From Clostridia bacterium (GTDB taxonomy: Bacteria > Bacillota > Clostridia > Oscillospirales > Acutalibacteraceae), in NCBI GenBank assembly GCA_017936615.1, contig JAGBFF010000044.1, forward strand, positions 8,609 through 72,608: a DNA stretch of 64,000 nt. Direction: 5' to 3'. Made by a program: the position numbers and the translations under genes. How positions within the stretch are numbered: position 1 is the stretch's first letter; each line of letters opens with the position of its first letter. The notes beneath the pieces were generated by a model. The model was given only the letters and a program-made list of their open reading frames with translations, searched no databases and was not told where the DNA came from. Shown in pieces: positions 29,546-39,080 of the stretch.

Positions 29546-30331
29546 TTATCCAAACACTTCACAAGCCGCCACGATCTTCAGCATATCACGATCCACCCGA
29601 TCGCGCCCGTAAGCATCCCAAAAGCGATCGCAATACGCCTCGGTTTTGAGATTAAATACCAGTGTCCACGCGCCCCAGAACAGATCGACGTGGCGGTCAC
29701 CGATACCGCCGTTTCCGAGATCGATAAAGCCGCTGAACCGCCAGTTGTCCAACATAATGTTGGGTAGACAGTAGTCGCCGTGTAGCAGCGTGTCGGCGTG
29801 CAGCTCGTGCCCGTGGGTACGCACCACCTCCCACGCCTCCTCGGCGGAGGTGTAGCCCCAGTTGTCGGGAAACAGGGAGGTGTCGTACCATCCGTTGTGA
29901 TAATTCTGCTCCGCCCGTGCCAGATAGTGCGCGGTGTGGTCAGAAATCGGGCAGGCGGCGGTGTCGCTCTCGTGCAGCTCGCGCAGCAGTGTAGCGGTCA
30001 GCTCGCACAGCCGCTTGGGATCGTCCAGGTACGCTGCGTGCGTGCAGTCCTCACCCGGAACACGCGCGGTCAGCAGCCAATCACGATCCGTCGAACGGTG
30101 ATCCAGTACTTCGGCGGCAAGCCCCTTGGTATGAAAAAAACGCGTCATCGCCGCCTCGGCTGCCAGTGTGCCTTGTGGTGCGGATTTGAGATAATAGCCG
30201 CCGTCTTTGTCGATGAACCACACCCGCGCCTCGGGGGAGCAGCTGCTGTCATACACCGCCGCACCGTCGATCAACGGCTGATAGTCGGCGGGGAAGATGT
30301 GAATATCGGGACGTATCCGCGTTCGCTTCAT
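29546..30331 (-). CDS. aminoglycoside 3'-phosphotransferase (APH(3'))-family kinase
   Basis: HGDYCLPNIM (catalytic HGDxxxxN) and IDLGNGGIGDRHVD (Mg-binding) motifs. RBS aaggag before the Met at 30331; the track ORF extends to 30397. Confidence 0.8.
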   Translation of the reverse strand: MKRTRIRPDIHIFPADYQPLIDGAAVYDSSCSPEARVWFIDKDGGYYLKSAPQGTLAAEAAMTRFFHTKGLAAEVLDHRSTDRDWLLTARVPGEDCTHAAYLDDPKRLCELTATLLRELHESDTAACPISDHTAHYLARAEQNYHNGWYDTSLFPDNWGYTSAEEAWEVVRTHGHELHADTLLHGDYCLPNIMLDNWRFSGFIDLGNGGIGDRHVDLFWGAWTLVFNLKTEAYCDRFWDAYGRDRVDRDMLKIVAACEVFG

Positions 30332-30474
30332 AATCGGCGGCTCCTTTTCGATGGTTGATAACAGCTTCAGTATATCACAGACCGATTGGCGGGGCAACAG
30401 TATTTTCCCGATTGCATAACTGTCGAAAGTCTGATATAATACGCTGTATGAAGTGGATATCGGAGGGACGTATC

Positions 30475-30882
30475 ATGGAAAAAAAGATTCAGGAAGCGGC
30501 ACGGTTGCATCAGCAGGGCTTTAATTGCGCTCAGGCGGTGGCGCTGCCGTTTTGTGAGGAGCTGGGGATGGACCGTGCGACAGCGATGCGTGCGCTGGAA
30601 GGCTTCGGCGCAGGCATGGGCGGACGCACGATGGCGTGCGGCGCACTGTCGGGCGCGGTATTCGTGGCAGGTCTCAAGCACAGCGACGGCAATCTGGAAG
30701 CACCTGCGTCCAAGCAACGCACCTACGCGGCGAGCAAAACGATCGTCGACGCGTTTATCGCGCAGTGCGGCGCCTCGGCGTGTGAGGATATCTTGGGGCT
30801 GAAAACGGGAACACCGCTGATCAGCTGCCCTGCCTGCATCGAGCTCGGTGTTCGGCTGGCGTATCAGACCCTCGCAGAATAA
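30475..30882 (+). CDS. C_GCAxxG_C_C family protein
   Basis: FNCAQAV and ACGALSGAV motifs plus a C-terminal CxxC pair. RBS ggaggga; TATAAT at about 30435. Confidence 0.8.
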   Translation: MEKKIQEAARLHQQGFNCAQAVALPFCEELGMDRATAMRALEGFGAGMGGRTMACGALSGAVFVAGLKHSDGNLEAPASKQRTYAASKTIVDAFIAQCGASACEDILGLKTGTPLISCPACIELGVRLAYQTLAE

Positions 30883-30896
30883 ATAACGGAAGAATC

Positions 30897-30931
30897 AAAC
30901 GAGGTCGGAGACTGTCTCCGACCTCGTTTTT
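30897..30931. terminator. bidirectional intrinsic terminator
   Basis: aaacgaggtcggaga ctg tctccgacctcgttt perfect hairpin. Confidence 0.8.
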
Positions 30932-30934
30932 CTG

Positions 30935-31717
30935 TTATTCTTTCTCCGCTTTCGGACGATAGGGGAGGGCGACGCCGTTTTTCGCAAACGCCGCGTGGAG
31001 GTGCTCCGTCAGATCGTAGTGCAGCGTCCAGTAATCGGCGGCGTCACACCACACGCGCACCGTCAGCCCCATCGTGTGCTCACTGTAGCTGCGCAGCCGC
31101 ACGAACGGCGCCTCCGGCTCGGATTTGGACAGCGGATGCTGTGCAACCACCTCCAGCGCGACACGCTTGGCAGCCTCTACGTCCGCCTCATACGCCAGCG
31201 GGATCAGCAGATCCAGCCGCCGCGTTTTTTCGTGGGAGACGTTGGTGATATGGCTGTTGACCAGCACGCCGTTGGGAATGCTGACCTGCTTGTTGTCCAC
31301 CGTTTGGATGGTGGTGTGCATCAGATCGACCGTGATGACCGTACCCTCGTCACCGTCGGTGATGATGTAGTCACCCGTGACGAAACGGGGGACGAACAAG
31401 AGGATGATACCGCCTGCGACGTTCGACAGGGAATCCTTGAGTGCAACGCCGATGGCGAGCGCGGCACCGGACAGCGTTGCCGCCAGGGTGGTGACGGGGA
31501 CGCCGAGCGTGGCCAGCGCGGTGGTAAAGACGATGACGTAACCGACGATCTTGCTCGCCTTGCGGATAAACCGCACCAGCGAATCGTCAAACTTGGCACG
31601 AACGAACGGTCGACTGATGATGCGGGTGAGCAACCGCACCAAAAAATACCCGATCACCAGCACCAAAACGGTATTGGTAAACGGCGAGACAAACGCCCAA
31701 ATGTCTTCCCACGGCAT
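30935..31717 (-). CDS. small-conductance mechanosensitive channel (MscS family)
   Basis: Three N-terminal TM helices, then the MscS beta-domain pattern (GDYIITDGDEGTVITVDLMHTTIQTVDNKQVSIPNG). Confidence 0.85.
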   Translation of the reverse strand: MPWEDIWAFVSPFTNTVLVLVIGYFLVRLLTRIISRPFVRAKFDDSLVRFIRKASKIVGYVIVFTTALATLGVPVTTLAATLSGAALAIGVALKDSLSNVAGGIILLFVPRFVTGDYIITDGDEGTVITVDLMHTTIQTVDNKQVSIPNGVLVNSHITNVSHEKTRRLDLLIPLAYEADVEAAKRVALEVVAQHPLSKSEPEAPFVRLRSYSEHTMGLTVRVWCDAADYWTLHYDLTEHLHAAFAKNGVALPYRPKAEKE

Positions 31718-31879
31718 ACTATAAACACCTCACGAAGCAGAATTCCCCTTTAGTATACCGCACCCGAGGAGAAAAAGCAATCCCTGTTAACCTCTCGTGC
31801 CGCAAAAGCACGCAGTGCCGAGTGGGGTTTACTTTTAATCGGTGATGTAGTATAATGCATACAAGTGAGGTGTTTTACT

Positions 31880-32296
31880 ATGTCCATGACAACGGATGAG
31901 ATCTATACCTCGTTCCTGTGGGACGAATCGTATACGGAAGAGGAGTACGAGGCAAAAATCGCGGCCGGTATACAGGAGATCCGAAACTGTAAATATATTT
32001 ATCCGTTTATTTTGCCTTGTGTGACTCCTGAAAACAGCAAATCTATTTGGGAGCCGTGTGCTACAGGTATTGCCTTGCGATCTAATGAGGAACTTGAACC
32101 GTATTTGCTACTATTATTTGAATGGTTGCAGGATATAAACTGGCCTGGGGCAATTACTATATTTAACAGATTGCTACAGATGCCTTTTTCGATGCTGGAG
32201 AGTGATTATACTTATACTCGGCATCGCGCCGAACAAGAAAATGATACATTGTGGTTAGCGACATTGGATAATTTTGACAAGCAATTAAAGAAGTAA
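31880..32296 (+). CDS. DUF5071-like protein
   Basis: LFEWLQDINWPGA motif resembles the DUF5071 signature. ATG 31880 lies 10 nt after gtgagg. Confidence 0.55.
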   Translation: MSMTTDEIYTSFLWDESYTEEEYEAKIAAGIQEIRNCKYIYPFILPCVTPENSKSIWEPCATGIALRSNEELEPYLLLLFEWLQDINWPGAITIFNRLLQMPFSMLESDYTYTRHRAEQENDTLWLATLDNFDKQLKK

Positions 32297-32340
32297 GGCT
32301 ACGTTCGGGACAGGGGAGCCGATTTAATTCCAACGCCCAG

Positions 32341-32380
32341 AATAACAAAACACCGACCACAAAAGTGGTCGGTGTTTTGT
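32341..32380. terminator. bidirectional terminator (DUF5071 gene / tRNA-Pro)
   Basis: caccgaccac aaaa gtggtcggtg perfect 10-bp stem with T-runs on both strands. Confidence 0.8.
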
Positions 32381-32457
32381 TGGTCGGAGTGACGGGACTT
32401 GAACCCACGGCCTCTTGGTCCCGAACCAAGCGCTCTACCAAACTGAGCTACACCCCG
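32381..32457 (-). tRNA. tRNA-Pro (anticodon CGG)
   Basis: Reverse complement is CGGGGTGTAGCTCAGTTTGGTAGAGCGCTTGGTTCGGGACCAAGAGGCCGTGGGTTCAAGTCCCGTCACTCCGACCA. It folds as a cloverleaf with anticodon loop TTCGGGA, T-loop GGTTCAAGTCC and an encoded CCA. Confidence 0.9.
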
Positions 32458-32475
32458 TTGCACAAAGCATAGGTT

Positions 32476-32504
32476 ATTATACTCTGTAACGAATGGTTTG
32501 TCAA
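32476..32504 (-). promoter_or_regulatory. promoter of tRNA-Pro
   Basis: On the minus strand: TTGACA (32504-32499), 17-nt spacer, TATAAT (32481-32476), 18 nt before the tRNA 5' end. Confidence 0.65.
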
Positions 32505-32596
32505 GGCTTTTTTGCGCATCTTTTTTATTGCTCTTTTGCGGTATCTATGGTACAATACCCTTGTATTGACCGAATTTTATGCGGAGGAGAAACTAT

Positions 32597-35500
32597 ATGA
32601 GCCTGCAAACTTCTCGAGCGTCCCGTATCTTCCAGCAGATCGTGCTGCCGATTTTGGTAGCGCTCTGCTTCTCGGAGATCGTCTTCGTCTTCCTGTGGGG
32701 ATTTCACTCCTGGGAATCGATGGGACTGAACGTGGAAGCCGCAACCTGGCCTGCACAGAAGCTGATGTGTTGCTTTGGTCTGGCGCTGGTCCTCGGCGGT
32801 CCGGTGTACGCTTTGGTGCGCGAGCTCGTGCGTGACCGCGACGAGGTGACCAAGGAGCGCCCCGTGTGGTTCTATCCCGTCTTGTCGGGCGTGCTGTCGC
32901 TGGTCGCCATGTGTGTGGCGTATTCCTTTATCGGCATGTGGCCGTTCGGCGAAAAGAGCGGTATGATGGTGGATATGCACCACCAATACGCACCGCTGCT
33001 GGCGGGCCTGCGGGACAACCTGCTGTCCGGTGAACTGTCTCTGTACAGCTTTGAGGTCGGCCTTGGTGCCAACTACCTCTCGCTCGGTGCGTATTATCTC
33101 GCCAGCCCCTTCAATCTGCTGCTTTTACTTTTCCCCGAAAACCTGCTGGCAGAGGGCATTTTGTTTATCACCCTGCTGAAAAACGCACTCAGCGGTGCCA
33201 TGTTCGCGCTGTGCGTGCAGCAGATCTTCCGTAAACGCGAAATGTGCATCCCCGCCGTGTCGGTGATGTACTCACTGATGATGTACCTGCTGGCGTATTC
33301 CTGGAACTTGATGTGGCTGGACGTCGTGATGGTACTGCCGCTGGTTATCTGGGGCTTTGAGCGGCTGATGCACACCGGCAAATACCTCACCTACCTGCTG
33401 TCGCTGACCTACGCGCTGTTTGCCAACTACTACATCGCGTTTATGCTCTGCATTTTCATTGTGTTGTATTACCTGACCTACTGCCTGCGCTCGCGCCGCA
33501 CGGGCAAGGAATTGGCAATCAGCTTTGCCCGCGTTGCCGGCTTTTCGGCACTGGCGGTCGGCCTGGTGGCGGTGCTGCTGATCCCGGTTTACCTGGCTCT
33601 CAAGCTGACTTCTGCCTCCGGCGCGGAGTTGCCTGAAATGACCAACACGCTGGATATGTTCCAGCTGCTCGGTCGCCATTTTGCCAACGCGGGTCCCACT
33701 ATCCGCTCCGGCAACCTGCCGAACATCTTTTGCGGTGTGTTGGCGGTGTTCTGCGTGCCGCTGTTTGCGCTGAACAAGGGTATTCCGCTGCGCCGCCGCC
33801 TGGCGTTTATGATCCTGTGGCTGGTGATGGCGTTCAGCTTCCTCATCAACCTCACCGACCTCGGCTGGCACGGCCTGCATGCGCCAAACGACCTGCCGTA
33901 CCGTTTCTCCTTCCTGTACAGCTTTGTCCTGCTGCTGATGGCGTATGAGACGCTGCTGCACTACAAGGAGATCGACAAAAAGCACGTGTTTGCCGTCTTT
34001 GCGGGGATCGTGCTGTATCTGCTGGTCGAGGAGCGCTTCGGCGGCGATAAGTACGATTTCAAAATGATCTACGCCAATCTGGCGTTGGTCGCGATCTACA
34101 CCGTGATTCTTGCAGTTTCCACCCACCGTCGGCTGCGTCGCGGCGTATTCTATTCGCTGATCCTGTTGGTCGTCACGGCGGAGATGGTATTCTGCGGCGG
34201 CAGAACCGTCGTGCAGCTGAATGCGAACGAATACTTCACCCGCCACGAGGACTACGTGGACAACGACACCACCGCCGCGATCTACGAAGCGGTGGAGCGC
34301 GCACAGGAATTGGGTGACAGCAAATACGGCGGTGACTTCTACCGTCTGGAGGTGCTGCCGCGCCGCACCTGTGTGGATACCGCACTGTTCCATTACCGCG
34401 GCATCACCAACTTTGCTTCCAGCAACTATTACGCCACCACCAAGCAGATGGGCGGTTGGGGCTACGCCATCAACGGCGTCAACAGTCATCTGTACCACAC
34501 CTTTATGCCGTTTACCGACTCGCTGCTCGGTATCCGCTACCTGGTATCTACCGCCAACTTGGTGAACCATCCGCAGCTGGCCAAGGTGGATTCGGTCACG
34601 GTGGGGGACAGCACCTATTACATCTACGAAAACGGCTATGCGCTGGGTCTTGGCTACGTTGTCGATCCGTATATCAAGGACTACCAATACACGCAGTACG
34701 ATCCCATCTCCTCGCTGGAGGATCTCTACGGCACCGTGACCTCGACCTACAAGCGTCTGCTCAAGCTGCAGAGCTTCACCGCCGACCAGAGCAGCGGCGC
34801 CTCGGTGGGGTATTCGTTCCCCGGCTTCCGCGTACAGCCGACGGGCTCGCTCCCCGCGAATTTCACCGCAACGGTGGAGGATGCCGGTCAGGTCTACGTG
34901 TTTGTGGACTGTATGGCGGCGGATGCGATCAGTGTTACCTGTGGCGGCAACACCTTCTCGGTATCGCCGTATGAGCCGTATATTTTCGACGTCGGCGTGC
35001 TGTCCGAGGGAACGACCGTTACGCTGTCCATCACCTCCGACATCGCCTGTAACGGCAACTTCTACGTGGCAACGCTGGACGATGAAGCGTACACCAAGGG
35101 TATGAAGGAACTGAAGCAATCGCAGCTCAAGGTCAGCCGTCAGGAGGGCAACCGCGTCAGCGGTACGGTGGACGCCAAAAAGGCGGGCGTGATGATGACC
35201 TCCATCCCGTACGACACCGGCTGGACGGTACGTGTGGATGGCAAAGCAGTCGATACCTACGCCGTTTGTGAGGGCTTCCTCGCCTTCGATATGGCGGAGG
35301 GTAAGCACACGGTGGAGATGGAGTTTTATCCCGACGGCTGGTGGTTCGGTGTGCTGATCAGCGGTGCCTCATTGGTCATCCTGCTGGTGGTGCTGATGGT
35401 GACCTGGCTGCTGTGGCGGCGCAAACAGAAGCCTGCACCGGCGGAGTATCTGGACTACGACAGTGCCCTTCCGATCCAGGAGGGCTTCTCGACCGATGCC

Positions 35501-35701
35501 CAGCCGATGACCGCGTGCCCGCCGCTTCCGGAAACCTTTGCGGAGCTGACGGGAGAGAACCCGATCTCGGCGGAGGACGTACTGCTGGAGGAACCGACAG
35601 CACCGAGCGAGCGGCCTGCCGAAGAGCCTGCGCCTCCGATGCCGGAGCTTTACGTACCGATCGAGGTACCGGATGAGGATCCCACACCCGAAGAGAACTG
35701 A
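32597..35701 (+). CDS. YfhO family membrane glycosyltransferase-like protein with Pro/Glu-rich C-terminal tail
   Basis: About 13 TM helices, a large extracytoplasmic domain, a final TM helix, then an acidic P/E-rich tail. RBS ggaggag before ATG 32597. Confidence 0.8.
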   Translation: MSLQTSRASRIFQQIVLPILVALCFSEIVFVFLWGFHSWESMGLNVEAATWPAQKLMCCFGLALVLGGPVYALVRELVRDRDEVTKERPVWFYPVLSGVLSLVAMCVAYSFIGMWPFGEKSGMMVDMHHQYAPLLAGLRDNLLSGELSLYSFEVGLGANYLSLGAYYLASPFNLLLLLFPENLLAEGILFITLLKNALSGAMFALCVQQIFRKREMCIPAVSVMYSLMMYLLAYSWNLMWLDVVMVLPLVIWGFERLMHTGKYLTYLLSLTYALFANYYIAFMLCIFIVLYYLTYCLRSRRTGKELAISFARVAGFSALAVGLVAVLLIPVYLALKLTSASGAELPEMTNTLDMFQLLGRHFANAGPTIRSGNLPNIFCGVLAVFCVPLFALNKGIPLRRRLAFMILWLVMAFSFLINLTDLGWHGLHAPNDLPYRFSFLYSFVLLLMAYETLLHYKEIDKKHVFAVFAGIVLYLLVEERFGGDKYDFKMIYANLALVAIYTVILAVSTHRRLRRGVFYSLILLVVTAEMVFCGGRTVVQLNANEYFTRHEDYVDNDTTAAIYEAVERAQELGDSKYGGDFYRLEVLPRRTCVDTALFHYRGITNFASSNYYATTKQMGGWGYAINGVNSHLYHTFMPFTDSLLGIRYLVSTANLVNHPQLAKVDSVTVGDSTYYIYENGYALGLGYVVDPYIKDYQYTQYDPISSLEDLYGTVTSTYKRLLKLQSFTADQSSGASVGYSFPGFRVQPTGSLPANFTATVEDAGQVYVFVDCMAADAISVTCGGNTFSVSPYEPYIFDVGVLSEGTTVTLSITSDIACNGNFYVATLDDEAYTKGMKELKQSQLKVSRQEGNRVSGTVDAKKAGVMMTSIPYDTGWTVRVDGKAVDTYAVCEGFLAFDMAEGKHTVEMEFYPDGWWFGVLISGASLVILLVVLMVTWLLWRRKQKPAPAEYLDYDSALPIQEGFSTDAQPMTACPPLPETFAELTGENPISAEDVLLEEPTAPSERPAEEPAPPMPELYVPIEVPDEDPTPEEN

Positions 35702-35702
35702 T

Positions 35703-35739
35703 AAAATTGCTGTGCACCGTGCGGTGTACAGCAATTTTT
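35703..35739 (+). terminator. intrinsic terminator after the yfhO-like gene
   Basis: attgctgtgcaccg / cggtgtacagcaat stem (one mismatch) plus a T5 run. Confidence 0.7.
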
Positions 35740-35822
35740 GTCTATATTTTGCACACGGGTGTCTTGCACTTTGTCGCGGCGGCAGTATATAATGTGAGTA
35801 ACTAAAAAAGGGGGCGGGCAGC

Positions 35823-37370
35823 ATGAAAACGTGGCTGAACGATGCGGTGGTCTATGAGATCTATCCGCAATCCTTTTACGATACGAACGGCGACGGCATC
35901 GGCGACCTGCAGGGAATCATCGCCAAGTTGGACTACATTCAGGAATGCGGCTTTACCGTCATTTGGCTGAATCCCATCAACGAAAGCACCTTTTTCGACG
36001 CCGGCTACGACGTCACGGATTTTTACAAGGTCGCGCCGCGCTACGGTACAAATGAGGACTACCGCGAACTGTGCGCTGAGGCTCACCGCCGCGGTATGCG
36101 CGTGATCTTTGATCTGGTGGCGGGACATACCTCGGTCGAACATCCGTGGTTTGTGGAATCGGCAAAGCCGACACGAAACGACTACACCAACCGCTACATT
36201 TGGACCGACAGCACTTTTGACAGTCCCGAGGGCATTTCGGGCTACGGTGACCGCGACGGCAACTACATCACCAACTTTTTCTGGTGCCAGCCGGCACTGA
36301 ACTACGGTTACGCACATCCCGATCCCGAAAAACCGTGGCAGCTGCCCGTCACGCATCCCGATTGCCTTGCCACCAAGCAGGAATTGCTCAACATCATCGA
36401 TTTCTGGATGGATCTCGGCACCGATGCGTTCCGCGTAGATATGGCGTCGTCGCTCATCAAGGGTGACACCGACGGCAGCTACACCCGCGCGCTGTGGCAC
36501 GAGATCCGCGCCCATATCGAGACGCGCGATCCCGAAGTTTTGCTCATTGCGGAATGGGGCTCGCCCGCCGATGCGATCGACGCGGGCTTCCACTGCGATT
36601 TTCTGCTGCACAGTGGCAACGAAGCCTACACCTCGCTGTTCCGTATGGAGGAGGGTCGAAACACCTTCAAGCGGCTGTACACCGGCCACAGCTACTTCAA
36701 CCGCGACGGCCAAGGCGATATTCGCACCTATCTCAACCGCTTGCAATACGATCTGCAGCAGATCGACGGTCGCGGCGTGGTGGGTATGATCACCGGTAAC
36801 CACGATATCCCGCGTCTTGCCTATCGCCGCACGGAGGAGGAACTCAAGGCGGCGCTGACCTTTTTGTTTACAATGCCGGGAACGCCGTTTGTCTATTACG
36901 GCGACGAGATCGGTATGGACTATCTGGAGGGGATTCCCTCCAAAGAGGGCGCGTTCACGCGCACAGGCTCACGTACGCCGATGCAGTGGGACGAGGGCAA
37001 AAACCACGGCTTTTCCGAGAGTGATACGCCGTATCTGCCCACCGACGGGCGTCCCGAACCCCCCACGGTGGCGGCGCAGGCGGCAGACCCCGATTCCGTC
37101 TTGAATTTTACAAAGCGCCTGATCCGTTTGCACCGCGACACGGCGGCGCTGCACGCCGACGGTGCGTTTGACGTGATTGCGGCAGGCTATCCGTTCGTAT
37201 ATACCCGCGCCGCCGAGGGCAAAACGCTGTACGTCGCTATCAATCCCTCGGATACGGCGTATCGCCTGACTCCGCCGCCGTTTAAGACCGTGCTGCTCAG
37301 CCAGAATACCGTAGTGGGGGACGGTATGCACATGAACGGTGTGAGCTTTATCGTGGCAGAGCTTGCTTGA
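35823..37370 (+). CDS. GH13 alpha-glucosidase / oligo-1,6-glucosidase-like
   Basis: GH13 regions I-IV are visible: VIFDLVAGHTS, AFRVDMASS, LIAEWG, ITGNHD. N-terminus has YEIYPQSFYDTNGDGIGDL. Confidence 0.85.
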   Translation: MKTWLNDAVVYEIYPQSFYDTNGDGIGDLQGIIAKLDYIQECGFTVIWLNPINESTFFDAGYDVTDFYKVAPRYGTNEDYRELCAEAHRRGMRVIFDLVAGHTSVEHPWFVESAKPTRNDYTNRYIWTDSTFDSPEGISGYGDRDGNYITNFFWCQPALNYGYAHPDPEKPWQLPVTHPDCLATKQELLNIIDFWMDLGTDAFRVDMASSLIKGDTDGSYTRALWHEIRAHIETRDPEVLLIAEWGSPADAIDAGFHCDFLLHSGNEAYTSLFRMEEGRNTFKRLYTGHSYFNRDGQGDIRTYLNRLQYDLQQIDGRGVVGMITGNHDIPRLAYRRTEEELKAALTFLFTMPGTPFVYYGDEIGMDYLEGIPSKEGAFTRTGSRTPMQWDEGKNHGFSESDTPYLPTDGRPEPPTVAAQAADPDSVLNFTKRLIRLHRDTAALHADGAFDVIAAGYPFVYTRAAEGKTLYVAINPSDTAYRLTPPPFKTVLLSQNTVVGDGMHMNGVSFIVAELA

Positions 37371-37447
37371 TTTTGCGGACAACCGTTCTTGACAATCGGT
37401 CAGGCGGCGGTATAATAAAAACAAAGAACTTCAAAGGGGGAGACCGT

Positions 37448-39037
37448 ATGAAACATTTTGATACCTTTGGTGTGATGCTGGACTGTTCACGCAATGCGGT
37501 AATGACCGTCAAGGAACTCAAGCACTTCATCACCGTGCTGGCTCGTATGGGCTATAATCAGCTTCAACTGTATATCGAGGACACGTATGAGGTGGACAAC
37601 GAGCCGTATTTCGGTAGCTTCCGTGGCCGTTATTCGCAGGACGAGCTGCGCGAGATCGATCAGTTTGCCTTTGACAACGGTGTTGAACTGGTGCCGTGTA
37701 TGCAGACGTTGGCACACCTGAACACGCTGAAATACTGGCCGCAGTACGAGAAGATGATGGATGCGCAGGACGTGCTGATGGTGGGTGAGGAGCGCACCTA
37801 TGAGCTGATCGAGAATATGATCAGCTCGCTGCGCAAGTGCGTGCGCACCAACAAGATCCACATCGGCATGGACGAAGCACATATGCTCGGCAAGGGCCGC
37901 TATCGTGACAAGCACGGCGACCGCGATCGCTCCGAGATCTTGTTGGAGCACCTGGGACGTGTGTGCGAGATCACCAAAAAATACGATTTTGAACCGATGA
38001 TGTGGAGCGATATGTTCTACCGCATCGCCAACAACGGTCATTACTACGCCAAGGAAGATACGGTGAACGCTTCGATCGGCGAGAAGATCCCCGAGTCGGT
38101 CTCGCTGGTCTATTGGGACTATTACCGCGTAAAAAAAGCGGATTATCGGCAGATGATCCGCGGCCACAAGCGCCTGACCGATCGTGTGGTGTTTGCGGGC
38201 GGTGCGTGGAAATGGATGGGCTTTACCCCGAAAAACGCATTCTCGCTCCGTGCGACCAAGGCGGCGTTCAGCGCCTGCATTGAAGAGGGCATCCGCGACG
38301 TGTTTATGACGATGTGGGGTGACAACGGCGCCGAGGCCTCGGCGTGGTCGACTCTGCCGACGCTGTGCTATGCCGCCTGTCTGGCGCAGGGCATCACCAA
38401 GATGGACGACATCAAGGCGAAGTTTGAGGAATGGATCGGCTATCGCTACGACGACTTTATGCTGCTTGATCTGCCCGACCGTTTGAACGGTAACAAGGGC
38501 CGTATCAACCCCTCAAAATACGAGTTGTACAACGACTGCTTCTTCGGTCTGCTGGACAGCGCCGTCGGTGAAAACGATGCCAAACAGTATGCGTCGTTTG
38601 CCAAGCGTCTGCGCAACGCTTCCAAGCGCACGGGCGAATTTTCCTATCTGTTTGATACCGCCTCCAAGCTGTGCGCTGTGCTGGCATACAAGTCGGATAT
38701 CGGCATCCGTACCCGTGAGATGTACGCCTCCGGTGACCCCGAGGCGTTGGAGCCGATCATCGCCGATTACAACAAGATGATTAAGCGCACCGAAGCCTTC
38801 TATCAGGCGTTCCGTGCGCAGTGGTACACCGAAAACAAGGCAAACGGCTTTGAGGTGCACGACATCCGACTCGGCGGTCTCATCATGCGTATGAAGAATT
38901 GCCGCGACCGTTTGGCAGACTATGTCGCCGGCCGGATCGACGAGATCCCCGAGCTGCACGAGCACACGATGCCGTTTCGTCAGGGTCACACCGACTATAA
39001 CTATTATTACAGCACCGTCACGCGTAACCTACTGTAA
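37448..39037 (+). CDS. GH20-like beta-N-acetylhexosaminidase
   Basis: MLDCSRN, LQLYIEDTY and HIGMDE (catalytic D-E pair) motifs. The track ORF starts earlier at 37367. Confidence 0.7.
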   Translation: MKHFDTFGVMLDCSRNAVMTVKELKHFITVLARMGYNQLQLYIEDTYEVDNEPYFGSFRGRYSQDELREIDQFAFDNGVELVPCMQTLAHLNTLKYWPQYEKMMDAQDVLMVGEERTYELIENMISSLRKCVRTNKIHIGMDEAHMLGKGRYRDKHGDRDRSEILLEHLGRVCEITKKYDFEPMMWSDMFYRIANNGHYYAKEDTVNASIGEKIPESVSLVYWDYYRVKKADYRQMIRGHKRLTDRVVFAGGAWKWMGFTPKNAFSLRATKAAFSACIEEGIRDVFMTMWGDNGAEASAWSTLPTLCYAACLAQGITKMDDIKAKFEEWIGYRYDDFMLLDLPDRLNGNKGRINPSKYELYNDCFFGLLDSAVGENDAKQYASFAKRLRNASKRTGEFSYLFDTASKLCAVLAYKSDIGIRTREMYASGDPEALEPIIADYNKMIKRTEAFYQAFRAQWYTENKANGFEVHDIRLGGLIMRMKNCRDRLADYVAGRIDEIPELHEHTMPFRQGHTDYNYYYSTVTRNLL

Positions 39038-39042
39038 AACAA

Positions 39043-39078
39043 AACAGCGGAGAGACGACCAGTCGTCTCTCCGCTGTT
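39043..39078. terminator. bidirectional terminator
   Basis: aacagcggagagacgac cag tcgtctctccgctgtt hairpin between the convergent GH20 gene and dusB. Confidence 0.8.
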
Positions 39079-39080
39079 GT

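Noticed and set aside
26322-29562. 582-aa and 552-aa minus-strand ORFs across the GlpA-like operon.
   Set aside because: Same antisense artefact of high GC. The plus strand carries clear FAD-binding and Fe-S motifs and operon structure.
33272-35308. 678-aa minus-strand ORF inside the YfhO gene.
   Set aside because: Antisense artefact with an extremely R/H/Q-rich translation. The plus strand encodes a coherent polytopic membrane protein.
35400-35701. Pro/Glu-rich tail of YfhO, considered as a separate small gene or fused domain.
   Set aside because: It is continuous in frame with the last TM helix, low complexity, and has no independent start or RBS.
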